From an uncultured Chloroflexia bacterium (lineage in GTDB: Bacteria > Chloroflexota > Chloroflexia > Thermomicrobiales > UBA6265), in the NCBI GenBank assembly GCA_963849635.1, contig CAWKIA010000040.1, forward strand, positions 145,022 through 209,021: a stretch of DNA of 64,000 nucleotides, in the 5' to 3' direction. The position numbers were made by a program, and so were the translations under genes. Within the stretch, counting starts at the first letter, position 1. The number at the start of each line of letters is the position of its first letter. The notes beneath the pieces are model-generated. The model searched no databases. It worked only from the letters and a program-made list of their open reading frames with translations, and was not told where the DNA came from. Below are positions 18,446 to 27,957 of the stretch, in pieces.

Positions 18446-19300
18446 ATGGTCATAGACGCTACCCGCTTCGACGCGATCTCCAAGGCGCTGGCCGCCCGCC
18501 GACTGACGCGACGGACGGCGCTGGTTGGCGGGACGGCGGCGCTCGCCGCCAGTGTGCTCGGCGCCCCGAGCCACCTCCGCGCCGCCCAAGAGACGGCTAC
18601 GCCAGAATCGAGCGATGCGTCTGACCCCGCGGCGGCGATCGGCGCTATCGCCCGCGACGCGATGAGCATGTACGACCTGAAGGGCCTCATCCTGCGGGTG
18701 ACGATCGACGGGGAGGAAGTCATCACCACCGCCCTGGGCGAGTCGATGTCGGGTGTGCCGGCGACGACGGATATGCACTTCCGCAACGGCGCGGTGGCGA
18801 TTTCCTACGTGGCCACCGTGCTGCTCCAGTTGGTGGATGAGGGCACGGTCGGGCTCGACGACACGATTTCGACGTGGCTACCCGACCTGCCCGATGCCGA
18901 CCGCGTCACGCTGCGGATGCTGGCCAACATGACCTCAGGCTACCCCGACTACCTCAGAAACCCGGAGATGGTCAAGGCGTTGTACGAGGATCCGTTCCGG
19001 CAGTGGACCGCCCAGGAACGGATCGACTATGGCCTGTCCACCCCGCGGCTCTTCGAACCTGGCACCAACTGGGACTACTCCCACAACGGCTACGTCATCA
19101 TGGGCCTGGCGCTGGAGAAGATCACGGGCAAGCCGATGGCTGTCCTCATGCAGGAGCGGATCTTCGCTCCACTGGGGCTGCACGCGATGGGTGCTATGGG
19201 CTCTTCAAGACGATCGGCGCCTACCTTGCGCCGGACGATGCGCCACCAGGCAGCCTGTAGTGACGAACGAACGATCGCGGCCGGATCGATCCGGTCGTGA
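18446..19300 (+). pseudogene. Beta-lactamase/transpeptidase-like serine hydrolase, degenerate and C-terminally truncated
   Basis: Homologous to the intact paralog at 40997..42244 up to ERIFAPLGLH, after which homology stops (284 aa versus 415 aa). The paralog's SxxK motif ASITKTF is AISYVAT here, so the Lys is lost. The N-terminus has the RFDAISKALAARRLTRRTAL Tat-like leader. Confidence 0.5.
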
Positions 19301-19343
19301 CTTGGCTGAGATGACCGTTCTAGCCGGGTGAGGAGTCACATTC

Positions 19344-20193
19344 ATGGACGCTAGCCGCTTCGACTCCGTCTCGAAACTGTTCGCTTCTCGCCGCCTTTCC
19401 CGCCGCCGCGCTCTGACCGAAGCGGTACCGACCTCGCCGCCGGCGCGCTCGCCGCCGCCGGCTTGTCCCGCGTTGCGGCCCAGGAGGCGACTCCCTCGGC
19501 AGACGGCGACGCCGCGAACGCCGATCCCTCGATGCTCTTCGTCCAGTCGTTCCAATCGGGCAGCATCGCCCCCGTGGACGGCGCCGAGGGGCGCTACACC
19601 GTCACCCTGGAGCAGGGCCTGGGCCAGACGATCTACTTCTCCGACCGGCCCGAACGCATCGTCGGCACGGAACCCCACCGCGCAGTTCCTTGAGGGCTTT
19701 CCGTTCCTCCCGGATAACCCGCCCAACAAAGCCCTGATCGTCGAGACGGCTCCGGGGGAGACCGACTTCGCCGTAGTGGAGCTCTTTGCCCCGCTCTACG
19801 ACCCGGTCAACAAGGGTGTCATCTACGAGGTCGGCGGTCCTGGAGAACTGGGAGGATTCCACAGAGTTGGGCTTCGCCGAAGCGCCGACCGACCTCGCGG
19901 CCCTGGCACCGAGCTTCGGTTCCGCCCAACTCTTCATCGACCACTGTCCCAACGAGCCCGTTGCGTGCTGGCTGGACAGCCCGGCCGGTGAAACCCTCTT
20001 CAAAGGCCAATTCGACGACCAGCCGATGTGCTGGAACTACAGCGTCTGCATCCCCTGCGAACCCTATGGTCATATCCAACCCGACAAGTGCGCCACCAAG
20101 CTCCAGTGGGATGCCAAGTGCGACCAGACGTTCCCCGAGTGCGATGGCAAGTGCTACTCCGAGAACGCATGGCCATTCAGCAACATCTGCTAG
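19344..20193 (+). pseudogene. Secreted Tat-leader protein with Cys-rich C-terminus, three frameshifts
   Basis: A coherent protein is only obtained by joining frames 0, 2, 0 and 1 at about 19423-19426, 19672-19676 and 19828-19836. The parts read MDASRFDSVSKLFASRRLSRRRAL | GTDLAAGALAAAGLSRVAAQEATP...ERIVGTEP | TAQFLEGFPF...VIYEV | AVLENWEDSTELGFAEAPTDLA...CYSENAWPFSNIC. Confidence 0.6.
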
Positions 20194-20297
20194 GACGTAG
20201 CTACGACGGTGGTGACCGCTCGCTGCCGCCGTTGACGCGAGGCGGGCCAGATCGCCACGTGGCCGACAGCCCGCATTCCGACTAGCCGGCCCTGAGG

Positions 20298-20847
20298 ATG
20301 CCTTGGATGAACGGCGTGCTCTTCGACGCGATCGGCAAGCGCTTAGCTCAACGGTATCTCTCCCGCCACCGCGCAATGGTCCAGGGCGGCACCGGCCTCG
20401 CCGCCGGTGCCCTGGCCAACGCGGGACTGACCGTGGCAACCTCCGCCCAGGACGCCACTCCGGAGCCAGCGTCCGGAGCGGGCGACCACGGACCGACAAT
20501 GCTCTTCCTCCAGACCTGCAAATGAGATGGGCTTCCATGAGGCGCCTACCGACCTGGCGACGCACGCGCCCAGTTTTGGGGCGGCCCATCTCTTTATCGA
20601 CGGCGGCTGGGATTGCGACGACTTTGGACTGGAATGCTGGAAGAACGACCATTCGTGGAGCAGTCACCTGCCACGCACCTACGACGGCTATTGCTGGAAC
20701 TGGGCATCCTGGGCGTGCCAGCCGTGTCAGCCGCCGTTTACGAGCTATGGTGATGCGAAAACATACTGGAACAATGCCTGCAACGACTCATTCGCTGAGT
20801 GCAACCACGGCGACCGCTTTGTCGATTTTCGGACGAGTTATACGTGA
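20298..20847 (+). pseudogene. Paralog of 19344 gene with internal deletion and frame change
   Basis: The leader ORF (MNGVLFDAIGKRLAQRYLSRHRAMVQGGTGLAAGALANAGL...MLFLQTCK*) stops at 20525. The next frame continues at 20527 with MGFHEAPTDLATHAPSFGAAHLFIDG..., homologous to the C-terminal part of the 19344 gene. The ~130-codon middle domain is absent. Confidence 0.5.
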
Positions 20848-20979
20848 CGCCTAAGGCATCCACGCCCCGTCCGGTATATAGGAGCTCTATGTACACGGCG
20901 CCCACGAACAATTGGCAGCGACACCGAAGCTTTGTCCTTTGCCGAGCGTTGCACTCCATCGCATGTATTAATGTTGGGG

Positions 20980-21008
20980 TTGTAGGGACGCTCGATACCC
21001 TATATGAT
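20980..21008 (+). promoter_or_regulatory. Candidate sigma-70-type promoter for the LCP gene
   Basis: TTGTAG (20980-20985), a 17-nt spacer, then TATGAT (21003-21008), in a locally AT-richer gap upstream of 21057. Confidence 0.3.
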
Positions 21009-21056
21009 AGATCCGTATAGGATAAATGGGCTAGCCCAAAAGTTTGGGGTGGCATC

Positions 21057-22490
21057 GTGTGGTCGATAGGGTGGTCCGCCGACATGGGCATCAGTCTTCC
21101 GAACTCTCGCCGTTCCATGACAACAGCAGCGCTTGGAGGATCGCCCGTCACGGCGATTCCCCCGAAGCAGGAGGCAGTCTGCGCGGCCTGTCATGGGGAT
21201 CTCGCGCGCGATGACCAATTCTGCGCTTCCTGCGGCACACCCCGTCGTCATCGGCTCCGTCGCTCGTGGATTCGTCGCCATCCGGTCATTTCTGCATTCC
21301 TGGTGATCATCGTTGCCATCTTCGTTGGATTCGGTGCGGTGCTCTCCCGGGCCGCCACGACCGTGAATACACTGCAGTCGGTGAGCACTCCGCCCCTGGT
21401 TGTGTCGTTACTGCCCGAGGACATCGTGACGTCAGTGGTCCCACCGGAGTCGGCAGCTGCGCTCACGCTGGCAAGTGATGCTCCTGTGCAAACGGTGGTG
21501 CAGCCCGCTCCGCCCGCGGCGGTAACGACGGACCAGTTGGCCCAACCGGTCCTGCCCGACCAGCTGGCCCAGCCGCTCGTGATCGATACAGCGCCGGCCC
21601 GAGACGCCATGGTCGCTGCTGGGATCGTGGGAGGCGGGGATGGTGGTCTGCTGGATACGTTCCATGATCAGGCTGGCGGCATCGCCGACCTTTCTCAAGG
21701 CGCGGCCGCTTTCGCGGGCGCAGAGCAAATCGACCTGGAACCGATGACCATCCTTCTGATGGGTGTGGACGCTCGCCCCGGCGAAGCCATCGATATCGGG
21801 GTGCGCCCCGACGCCCTGGCTGTGCTCCGGCTCGATCCCGAGTCGGGTAGCTGCCGGATGCTCAACATCCCCCGCGACACGCGCGTGAACCTGCCGGGCT
21901 ACGGCCTGACCAAGGTCAATCATGCCCTCGCGGTCGGTGGGATCCCGTATCAGGAGCTGGTGGTCGAGGAGTTCCTCGGGATCACGATCGACCAGTACGC
22001 CCTGATCGACTTCGGGGGGGTGGAGGCGCTCGTCGATGCGGTCGGCGGCGTGACGATCACGGTGACCGAACCCTTCGAACAGAACGGGGTTACGTTCGCG
22101 GTGGGCGAGCGGGAGGTCGACGGCGTCGAGGCGCTCGCCTACGCGAGTTACCGGGGTGGGCCGGACGGGGATTTCGGCCGGATCCGGCGGCAGCAGCAGA
22201 TCGTGCGGGCGATCCTGGCCAAGGGCTCTGAGCTTGACCCTGTGACGCTCGTCCGCGAGTTGCTGCCCGAACTCCAGGACCATGTGCGCACCGATCTGAG
22301 CCCCCTGGACCTCGTGGCTCTCGGCTCGCGGTTCCTGACCTCGTGCACGGACGAGACGCTGGTGACGATGAACCTGGAGGGGACGGTCGCCACGTACGAC
22401 GATCCCTTGTTTGGGGTCCCGCTGTCCTACGTGGTCGTCGCCGACGACGAGGTGCGCCGGAAGGTAGCCGAGCTAACAGCCACCCAGTAG
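21057..22490 (+). CDS. LytR-CpsA-Psr (LCP) family protein with N-terminal zinc-ribbon and TM segment
   Basis: LCP core LLMGVDARPGE...ALAVLRLDPESGSCRMLNIPRDTRVNLPGYGLTKVNHA...IDQYALIDFGGVEALVDAVGGVTI. The N-terminus has CAACHGDL...CASCG and a hydrophobic helix. The start is uncertain (21057, 21084 or 21117). Confidence 0.85.
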   Translation: MWSIGWSADMGISLPNSRRSMTTAALGGSPVTAIPPKQEAVCAACHGDLARDDQFCASCGTPRRHRLRRSWIRRHPVISAFLVIIVAIFVGFGAVLSRAATTVNTLQSVSTPPLVVSLLPEDIVTSVVPPESAAALTLASDAPVQTVVQPAPPAAVTTDQLAQPVLPDQLAQPLVIDTAPARDAMVAAGIVGGGDGGLLDTFHDQAGGIADLSQGAAAFAGAEQIDLEPMTILLMGVDARPGEAIDIGVRPDALAVLRLDPESGSCRMLNIPRDTRVNLPGYGLTKVNHALAVGGIPYQELVVEEFLGITIDQYALIDFGGVEALVDAVGGVTITVTEPFEQNGVTFAVGEREVDGVEALAYASYRGGPDGDFGRIRRQQQIVRAILAKGSELDPVTLVRELLPELQDHVRTDLSPLDLVALGSRFLTSCTDETLVTMNLEGTVATYDDPLFGVPLSYVVVADDEVRRKVAELTATQ

Positions 22491-22534
22491 ATTGGTGTGG
22501 ACTCGGGTACGGTTGCGGCAACACTGTCCGGGCT

Positions 22535-22651
22535 ATGGCGGCAACGGATGATTGGGGGCAGCCGATGGATCTTCGAGGCAATGGTGTCTATATCAGCGGT
22601 GGGGCAATTGCCGTCATCGTGATCATCCTCCTGCTTATCTGGCTGCTATAG
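22535..22651 (+). CDS. Small hydrophobic peptide (38 aa)
   Basis: MAATDDWGQPMDLRGNGVYISGGAIAVIVIILLLIWLL has a single C-terminal TM helix. It lies within ORF 22343..22651. Start and reality are both uncertain. Confidence 0.35.
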   Translation: MAATDDWGQPMDLRGNGVYISGGAIAVIVIILLLIWLL

Positions 22652-23025
22652 GGAGGAGTTAGGGGGCTGACGCCTTCACCCGGCGGCCCTGCCGAGCGAC
22701 TTGCGGAAGGTCTCAGGCGAGACGTCCAAGGTCATCGCCAAGTCATGTGGTGTCCGTCCGGGAGCGCCCGTCGCAGTGCACTCTCCTGGTCGGCGGCTAA
22801 TTGGCGTGCGCAGGGCGGCTGGCACATGTGACGGCGCGGGCCTTCGGCAGGATGCCGCTTGGGGTTGGAGATGAACCGGTTCGCCCCGATTGGCTGAATG
22901 CAACCGCGCTACGGAACCTAGTCGCTTCCGCCGAAACTCACGTTGAGTGGGGCATGCCCTGGAGCTTGCCGATGCCGAGCCTGACTGATTCGGCTCGGCA
23001 TCGACGCGGGGTTTGGTCCGCTGGC

Positions 23026-23154
23026 TCAGATGCCGGTGGCTTCGCAGTAGGGCGGAGCGTGGCGGAAGGCGCGGGAAGAGCGGCCGGTGTAGCGCCAGAA
23101 GACGCGGCTGAAGTAGGCGGGGTCGTTGAAGCCGGCGTGGTGGGCTCCCGCGGC
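23026..23154 (-). pseudogene. AraC-family HTH C-terminal fragment
   Basis: The minus-strand translation AHHAGFNDPAYFSRVFWRYTGRSSRAFRHAPPYCEATGI* matches the AraC second-HTH signature (GF.D..YFSR.F....G.S...(F/Y)R). An in-frame TAG lies immediately upstream (23155-23157). A second HTH-like scrap (DLAMTLDVSPETFRKSLG) lies at about 22680-22760. Confidence 0.5.
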
Positions 23155-23225
23155 CTAGCAGCCGGCGAGACGGCCTCGGCGCCGGCTCCCTGCCGCGGTC
23201 CGGCCGGTGATAACGCCAAGACGGC

Positions 23226-24809
23226 TCAGGGGACGCAGCCGCCAAGGTCTTCGAAGAGCCCCGGTTCGTCACTGGAGTCGGTGGGGTCGGACACACCGTT
23301 TTCGAAGTTGTCTGAGTAGCCGTCGCCATCCGTGTTCATGATGAGTGGGGACGAGCCCCATGAGACCTCGTAGCCGTCATTCAGGCAGTCGCCGTCGGAG
23401 TCGCGAACGGTTGGATAGGTGTAACGGTTGATTTCGTCAAGGTCCCAAAGACCGTCACCGTCGGTGTCAGCAGCGGTTGGGCTGGTCCCGAACGTGTGGA
23501 CTTCGTCTCCGTCGATGATATCGTCGGTGTCGGTGTCGGTCGAGAACGGGTCGCTGAAGTAGACGATGAGCTCGTCGCCGTCCCGCAGGTTGTCGCCGTC
23601 GGTATCCGGTCGCGTCGGGTTTGTCCCGATGCGGACCTCATCGCCGTCCCAGGCTCCATCTTGATCCGAGTCCTGAATGGTTGGGTAGGTGCCGGCTGCA
23701 GCCTCGGCGCAGTTGTTCAGGCCGTCGCTGTCGGAATCGCCGCCGCCGTCTGCCAGCAGACAGGGATCGCCAGTGACGCTGTCGTCGAAGAGGTCGTCGT
23801 CGGCCGGGGCGCAGTAGAGACACTCGCCGCCTCCGCTTGGCGCCTCCTCTACACCGACCCCGCCGGAGCCGGACCCGCTGGAATCGTCAGTCGGAGGAGC
23901 ACCCGGCGGTGGATTCCCGTCCGAATTCCCGTCCGCCTCCTCGGTCGGCCCTGGCGTCGGAGTCGGGTCGGACTCGTCGTCGCCATTGGTGCCGCCGTCT
24001 TGCCTGGTTTCGCCGGATCGCGTCGTTGCCGGCCGGACGTCGCTTTCGTCGTCGATCGCTTCGTCGTCATTTTCCTCGGAGAGCCGAAGGACGGCTGCAA
24101 GGACGATGCCCGGTTCCTCACCGAGCCACCGGAGATCGAAGTCGTCGTCGACGGCCACGACACTGCCAGCCCGCAATTCCTCCGAGTCCTCGTCATCCAC
24201 GGTCAACTCGACTTCGCCCGCCACCACCACCAGCAGCACCGGCAACTCCGCGTCATTCAGCCTCACCGGGTCGTCCCGGTCCTCTTCTTCCGACGCCGCT
24301 TGCGCTTCCTCTGCCCCACCTGTCTCCACGGACTCGGCGCGGAGAAGCTCCAGCACGTAGTCCCCCTCCTCCGGCGTAAATGGGTCGCCGGCCGGGTCGT
24401 ACGCGTCGTCCTCCACGACGAGCTCCAGCGCGAGGTAGGTCGAATCGTCGGTCCGGACGGCGACTGGTGCGAGGAGTGCACCAGCCTCGACCGGCATGGC
24501 CTTGTCGGTGCCCAGCCTGGTAAATCGGTTCCCGCCATTGCGGTAGATGACGAGCGGATCGTTGTGGGCGTAAAGGAATCCGGTGAAGAAGGGGATTGGG
24601 TGCGCCCCGTCGACGAACGTGCGCAGTTCTCCCGCTTGCCAGACCAGCGAATCATCGTCGAGCGTGAGCTCCTGCTCGGCGACGGCGCGGAAGTCGACTG
24701 TAGATTCGTCGCCGTCTAGTTGTGTACCGGCGTTGCCGATGCCGGGCGTGACCGAGATCGCGAGGACGAGGCACGCGGCGAGCGCGATGGTGAGCCGATG
24801 GCGACGCAA
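23226..24809 (-). CDS. Secreted protein with C-terminal thrombospondin type-3-like Ca-binding repeats (TSP3-B)
   Basis: TTG start at 24809 follows GAGGGAGAG, and the N-terminus LRRHRLTIALAACLVLAISV is signal-like. There are seven D.D.DG..D..E repeats (for example DSDQDGAWDGDEV, DTDGDNLRDGDEL, DTDGDGLWDLDEI), acidic and Pro/Gly linkers, and the motif GGGECLYCAP. It is a paralog of 26087..27655. Confidence 0.8.
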   Translation of the reverse strand: MRRHRLTIALAACLVLAISVTPGIGNAGTQLDGDESTVDFRAVAEQELTLDDDSLVWQAGELRTFVDGAHPIPFFTGFLYAHNDPLVIYRNGGNRFTRLGTDKAMPVEAGALLAPVAVRTDDSTYLALELVVEDDAYDPAGDPFTPEEGDYVLELLRAESVETGGAEEAQAASEEEDRDDPVRLNDAELPVLLVVVAGEVELTVDDEDSEELRAGSVVAVDDDFDLRWLGEEPGIVLAAVLRLSEENDDEAIDDESDVRPATTRSGETRQDGGTNGDDESDPTPTPGPTEEADGNSDGNPPPGAPPTDDSSGSGSGGVGVEEAPSGGGECLYCAPADDDLFDDSVTGDPCLLADGGGDSDSDGLNNCAEAAAGTYPTIQDSDQDGAWDGDEVRIGTNPTRPDTDGDNLRDGDELIVYFSDPFSTDTDTDDIIDGDEVHTFGTSPTAADTDGDGLWDLDEINRYTYPTVRDSDGDCLNDGYEVSWGSSPLIMNTDGDGYSDNFENGVSDPTDSSDEPGLFEDLGGCVP

Positions 24810-24852
24810 AGGAGCTCTCCCTCGGGGATCGGCGGCGAGGTCGTTCAGACCG

Positions 24853-25986
24853 TTACCCGGCGCAAGCATTCGAGAAAGGGCCTCCAGCCCCCTCCTGCCA
24901 GGGCGAGCCGTAGCCTGGCGGGCAGGCCGCACCGAAGTCGCATTCAAAATTGAGTCCGCAGTCTAGGCAGAACATGACGCAGTCGAGTTGGGGGTCGTCG
25001 CATGATGCGTTGCAGCATTGCACGGCCGACAGCGGAAAGTCGCAGCAGATCTCGTCAGTACTGAACGAGCCGCAACTCACGGACCCGCCCTGGCAACAAC
25101 GGCAGGCGCCGTCGAGACAGGTCGCGAACTGACCGCACGTCTCGCCGCATGCGCCGCAGTTGGCCACGTCGGACTGGAAGTCCGCGCAATAGGCGTCGAG
25201 CGTCCCTGGGTTACAGACATCGGGGAGCTCTTGCGGACACACGCAGACGCAGTCCGTGCCGCGGGTCGCGCCGGTCGGGCAGGGCTCATAGCAAGCGCCG
25301 CCGCAGCACTCCTGGTCGATGCCGCACGGTTCGATGCAGAACCCGCCGCAGCAGCGGAAGGCGCCGCCGAGACAGGGGCTGCCGTCTGGCCGCGGGAAGC
25401 ACTGACCACCCTGACAGATTCGGCAGTTGCCGCAATCTTTGGGCGTGCCGACGCAGTCGCCGTCGGCCCCGCAGACGCCGTTCTCGAAGCAAAGATCGCC
25501 GGGGGTGCAGGCGGTATCAACCAGCGCTGGATCGACCTCGACGCCACATTCGCCGTCGAGACAAGTCGCCCGCTCGCACGCGCCGGCCGGGCAGTGGTTG
25601 CCGCAGGCGCCGCAGTTCTGCACGTCATCTTCAAACGTGCCGGGACCGCGGCATTCCCCCGCGCACGACACGGTGCCGCCGGGGCAGGCGCAGGCACAGG
25701 TGGCGTCGCGGACGTTCCCTGCCGGACAGGGATCGAAGCAGGCGCCGCCGCATTCCTGCTGATTGGGACGACAGCGACACTTCCGGCCGTGGCATTCGCC
25801 GGAGCAACATTGGTTAGTTGGCCCGCAGCGAGCGCCGAGGGCGACGCAGGCTTGCGCATGCGCTGTCTCGACCCTCCGCAACCCGAGGACGCCGATCGCG
25901 GCGGTGACCGTGGCTCGCAAGAGGGTTCGGCGCGAGCTGGCGGCGCCGAGCGCCCGAGTCAGATCATCGAAGCGCGGACCATCCAT
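24853..25986 (-). CDS. Secreted cysteine-rich repeat protein (~62 Cys in ~377 aa by hand count)
   Basis: ATG at 25986 follows AAGGAGG. The leader is MDGPRFDDLTRALGAASSRRTLLRATVTAAIGVLGL. Repeated motifs include NCGACGNHCPAG / NCGACGETCG and C.C.CP, which are Stig1/EGF-like in style. Confidence 0.8.
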   Translation of the reverse strand: MDGPRFDDLTRALGAASSRRTLLRATVTAAIGVLGLRRVETAHAQACVALGARCGPTNQCCSGECHGRKCRCRPNQQECGGACFDPCPAGNVRDATCACACPGGTVSCAGECRGPGTFEDDVQNCGACGNHCPAGACERATCLDGECGVEVDPALVDTACTPGDLCFENGVCGADGDCVGTPKDCGNCRICQGGQCFPRPDGSPCLGGAFRCCGGFCIEPCGIDQECCGGACYEPCPTGATRGTDCVCVCPQELPDVCNPGTLDAYCADFQSDVANCGACGETCGQFATCLDGACRCCQGGSVSCGSFSTDEICCDFPLSAVQCCNASCDDPQLDCVMFCLDCGLNFECDFGAACPPGYGSPWQEGAGGPFSNACAG

Positions 25987-26086
25987 GCGGACCTCCTTGT
26001 GGGCAGGCGGACTTGCTACGGTTATTGCCCGGGCGCATCTGGGCGCCGAACGAGGAGTACGTCTGAGTTGGGTTGGGGAAGAGGGG

Positions 26087-27655
26087 TTAGCAGCCGTCCC
26101 CGGCGACCACCTCCTCTGCCGGGTGGCTACCACTATTGAGTGGGCTGAAGCCCTGGTTGATCTCGATCAAGTCGGAATAGAGGTCGCCGTCGCTGTCTTC
26201 CAGGTTCGCGTTGGTGCCGTAGACGAAGATCTCGTCCCCGTCCCACAGGCAATCCCAATCGGAGTCGACCTCTTTGGGCCTGGTGCCGTAGGTGAAGAGT
26301 TCCTGGGAATCCGTGACGCCGTCGCCATCGGTGTCCGGTGTGAGGGGATTGGTGGAGTAGGTGAATTCGTCCCAGTCCTCGATGCCGTCGCCATCGGTGT
26401 CTTTGATTCTCGGGTTTGTGCCGGTGCGGACCTCGAAGCCGTCCCAGGCGCCATCATTGTCAGAGTCTTGAACGTAGGGGAAAGTGCCGGCGGCGGCCTC
26501 GCCGCAGTTGTTCAGTTCGTCGAAGTCTGGGTCACCGCCGCCGTCGGCCAGCAGGCATGGATCGCCGCTCGGGCCGCTCACGACCACACCATCGTCACTC
26601 GGAGCGCAGTAGAGGCACTCGCCGCCGCCACTTGGCCCCTCCTCGTACCGGCCGCCGCCGTCGCCGGAGCTGGAGCCGCCAGACCCGCCTCCGGGGCCGC
26701 CGGGAGGGTCATCGTTTGGGGGCGGCACCCCCGGCAGATTCCCCACCGGGTCGCTACCCGGCTCCTCGGTCGGCTTGGGAGTCGGCGTCGGGTCGGACTC
26801 GTCGCCGCCAGATCCGCTGCCCGCGCCGCCGCCCTCACTGGCGCTGCCAGCCGGGGTCTTCGTCGGCAGGGAGCGCAAGGAGCCACCCGCACCCTCCTCC
26901 TGGCCATCCTCCTCGTCGCCGTCCGCGCCGCCCTCAACTTCGGGCGGTCGAAGCCTGGCGGCAAGCACGACACTCGGCTCCTCACCGAGCCACCGGAGGT
27001 CGAAATCCTCGTCCACCGTCAAGACGTCGCCGGCCTCCAACTCTTCCGGGTCCTCGTCCTCGACCCGTAACTCAACCTCACCGGCCACCACCACGAGCAG
27101 CACCGGCAAGTCGGACGCCTCCAGCCTCACTGGTTCGTCTTCGTCCTGCGCATCCTCGAACTCGGCGCGCAAGAGCTCCAACACGTAGTCGTCGTCGTCC
27201 GGCGTAAAGGCGTCACCGACCGGCTCGAGGGCGTCGTCCTCGGCGACCAGCTCGAGAGCAAGGAAGGTGATGGCGGTGTCGTCACGCAGGGTGACCGGGG
27301 CGAGCAGGTCGCCATTCTCGACCGGCATGGCCTTGTCAGTGCCCAGCCTGGTGTATCGGTTGCCGCCGTCGAGGTAGATAAGAAGCGGGGCAACGGGGGC
27401 GTAGAGGAAGCCGGCGTAAAACGGGATTGGCCGATTCTCGTCAAGGAACGCGGGCAGCTCGCTCGCCTGCCAGGCCAAGGGGTCCTCGGTGAGTGCCAGC
27501 TCCTGCTCGGCGATCGACCGGAATCCGGGGCGGTCGTCGGTTGCTGGCGGGTCACTCTGCCTGGCGAAGACAGACGTGCCGCCGGCCAGGGCAACGACGA
27601 CCATCGATACCAGCGCTAGCCGCCAAAGCAGTGGGTGGGTGGAAGCGTGAAGCAT
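26087..27655 (-). CDS. Secreted protein with C-terminal thrombospondin type-3-like Ca-binding repeats (TSP3-A)
   Basis: Signal-like N-terminus MLHASTHPLLWRLALVSMVVVALAGG. Six D.D.DG..D..E repeats and the motif GGGECLYCAP. Its N-terminal ~250 aa are collinear with TSP3-B (FRSIAEQELAL../FRAVAEQELTL..). Confidence 0.8.
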   Translation of the reverse strand: MLHASTHPLLWRLALVSMVVVALAGGTSVFARQSDPPATDDRPGFRSIAEQELALTEDPLAWQASELPAFLDENRPIPFYAGFLYAPVAPLLIYLDGGNRYTRLGTDKAMPVENGDLLAPVTLRDDTAITFLALELVAEDDALEPVGDAFTPDDDDYVLELLRAEFEDAQDEDEPVRLEASDLPVLLVVVAGEVELRVEDEDPEELEAGDVLTVDEDFDLRWLGEEPSVVLAARLRPPEVEGGADGDEEDGQEEGAGGSLRSLPTKTPAGSASEGGGAGSGSGGDESDPTPTPKPTEEPGSDPVGNLPGVPPPNDDPPGGPGGGSGGSSSGDGGGRYEEGPSGGGECLYCAPSDDGVVVSGPSGDPCLLADGGGDPDFDELNNCGEAAAGTFPYVQDSDNDGAWDGFEVRTGTNPRIKDTDGDGIEDWDEFTYSTNPLTPDTDGDGVTDSQELFTYGTRPKEVDSDWDCLWDGDEIFVYGTNANLEDSDGDLYSDLIEINQGFSPLNSGSHPAEEVVAGDGC

Positions 27656-27957
27656 GGAAATTCCCTTGATTCAGCCTGCGTGGCGGCCCCGCCGAGACGC
27701 AGGCGTATCCCGCCGGCACGCGGGAGCATGCCGACACGAACGCCGTGTGGGTGAATCAGCGGACGTTGGCTACCCTCACATGGTACGCGCGAGCGGCGCG
27801 TGGTCTATTGGGAATCTTCCCGATTTCGGCGTGGAGCGCGGCGGGTGATCGGCAGGCGGTCACTGGGAAAACTACGTAGACGACGTGTCACGCCCTGCGA
27901 CGCGTGCCGCCGAGCGGCGTGACCCAGGAGGTTGCGAGCAGGGAAACCGATCGGGCC

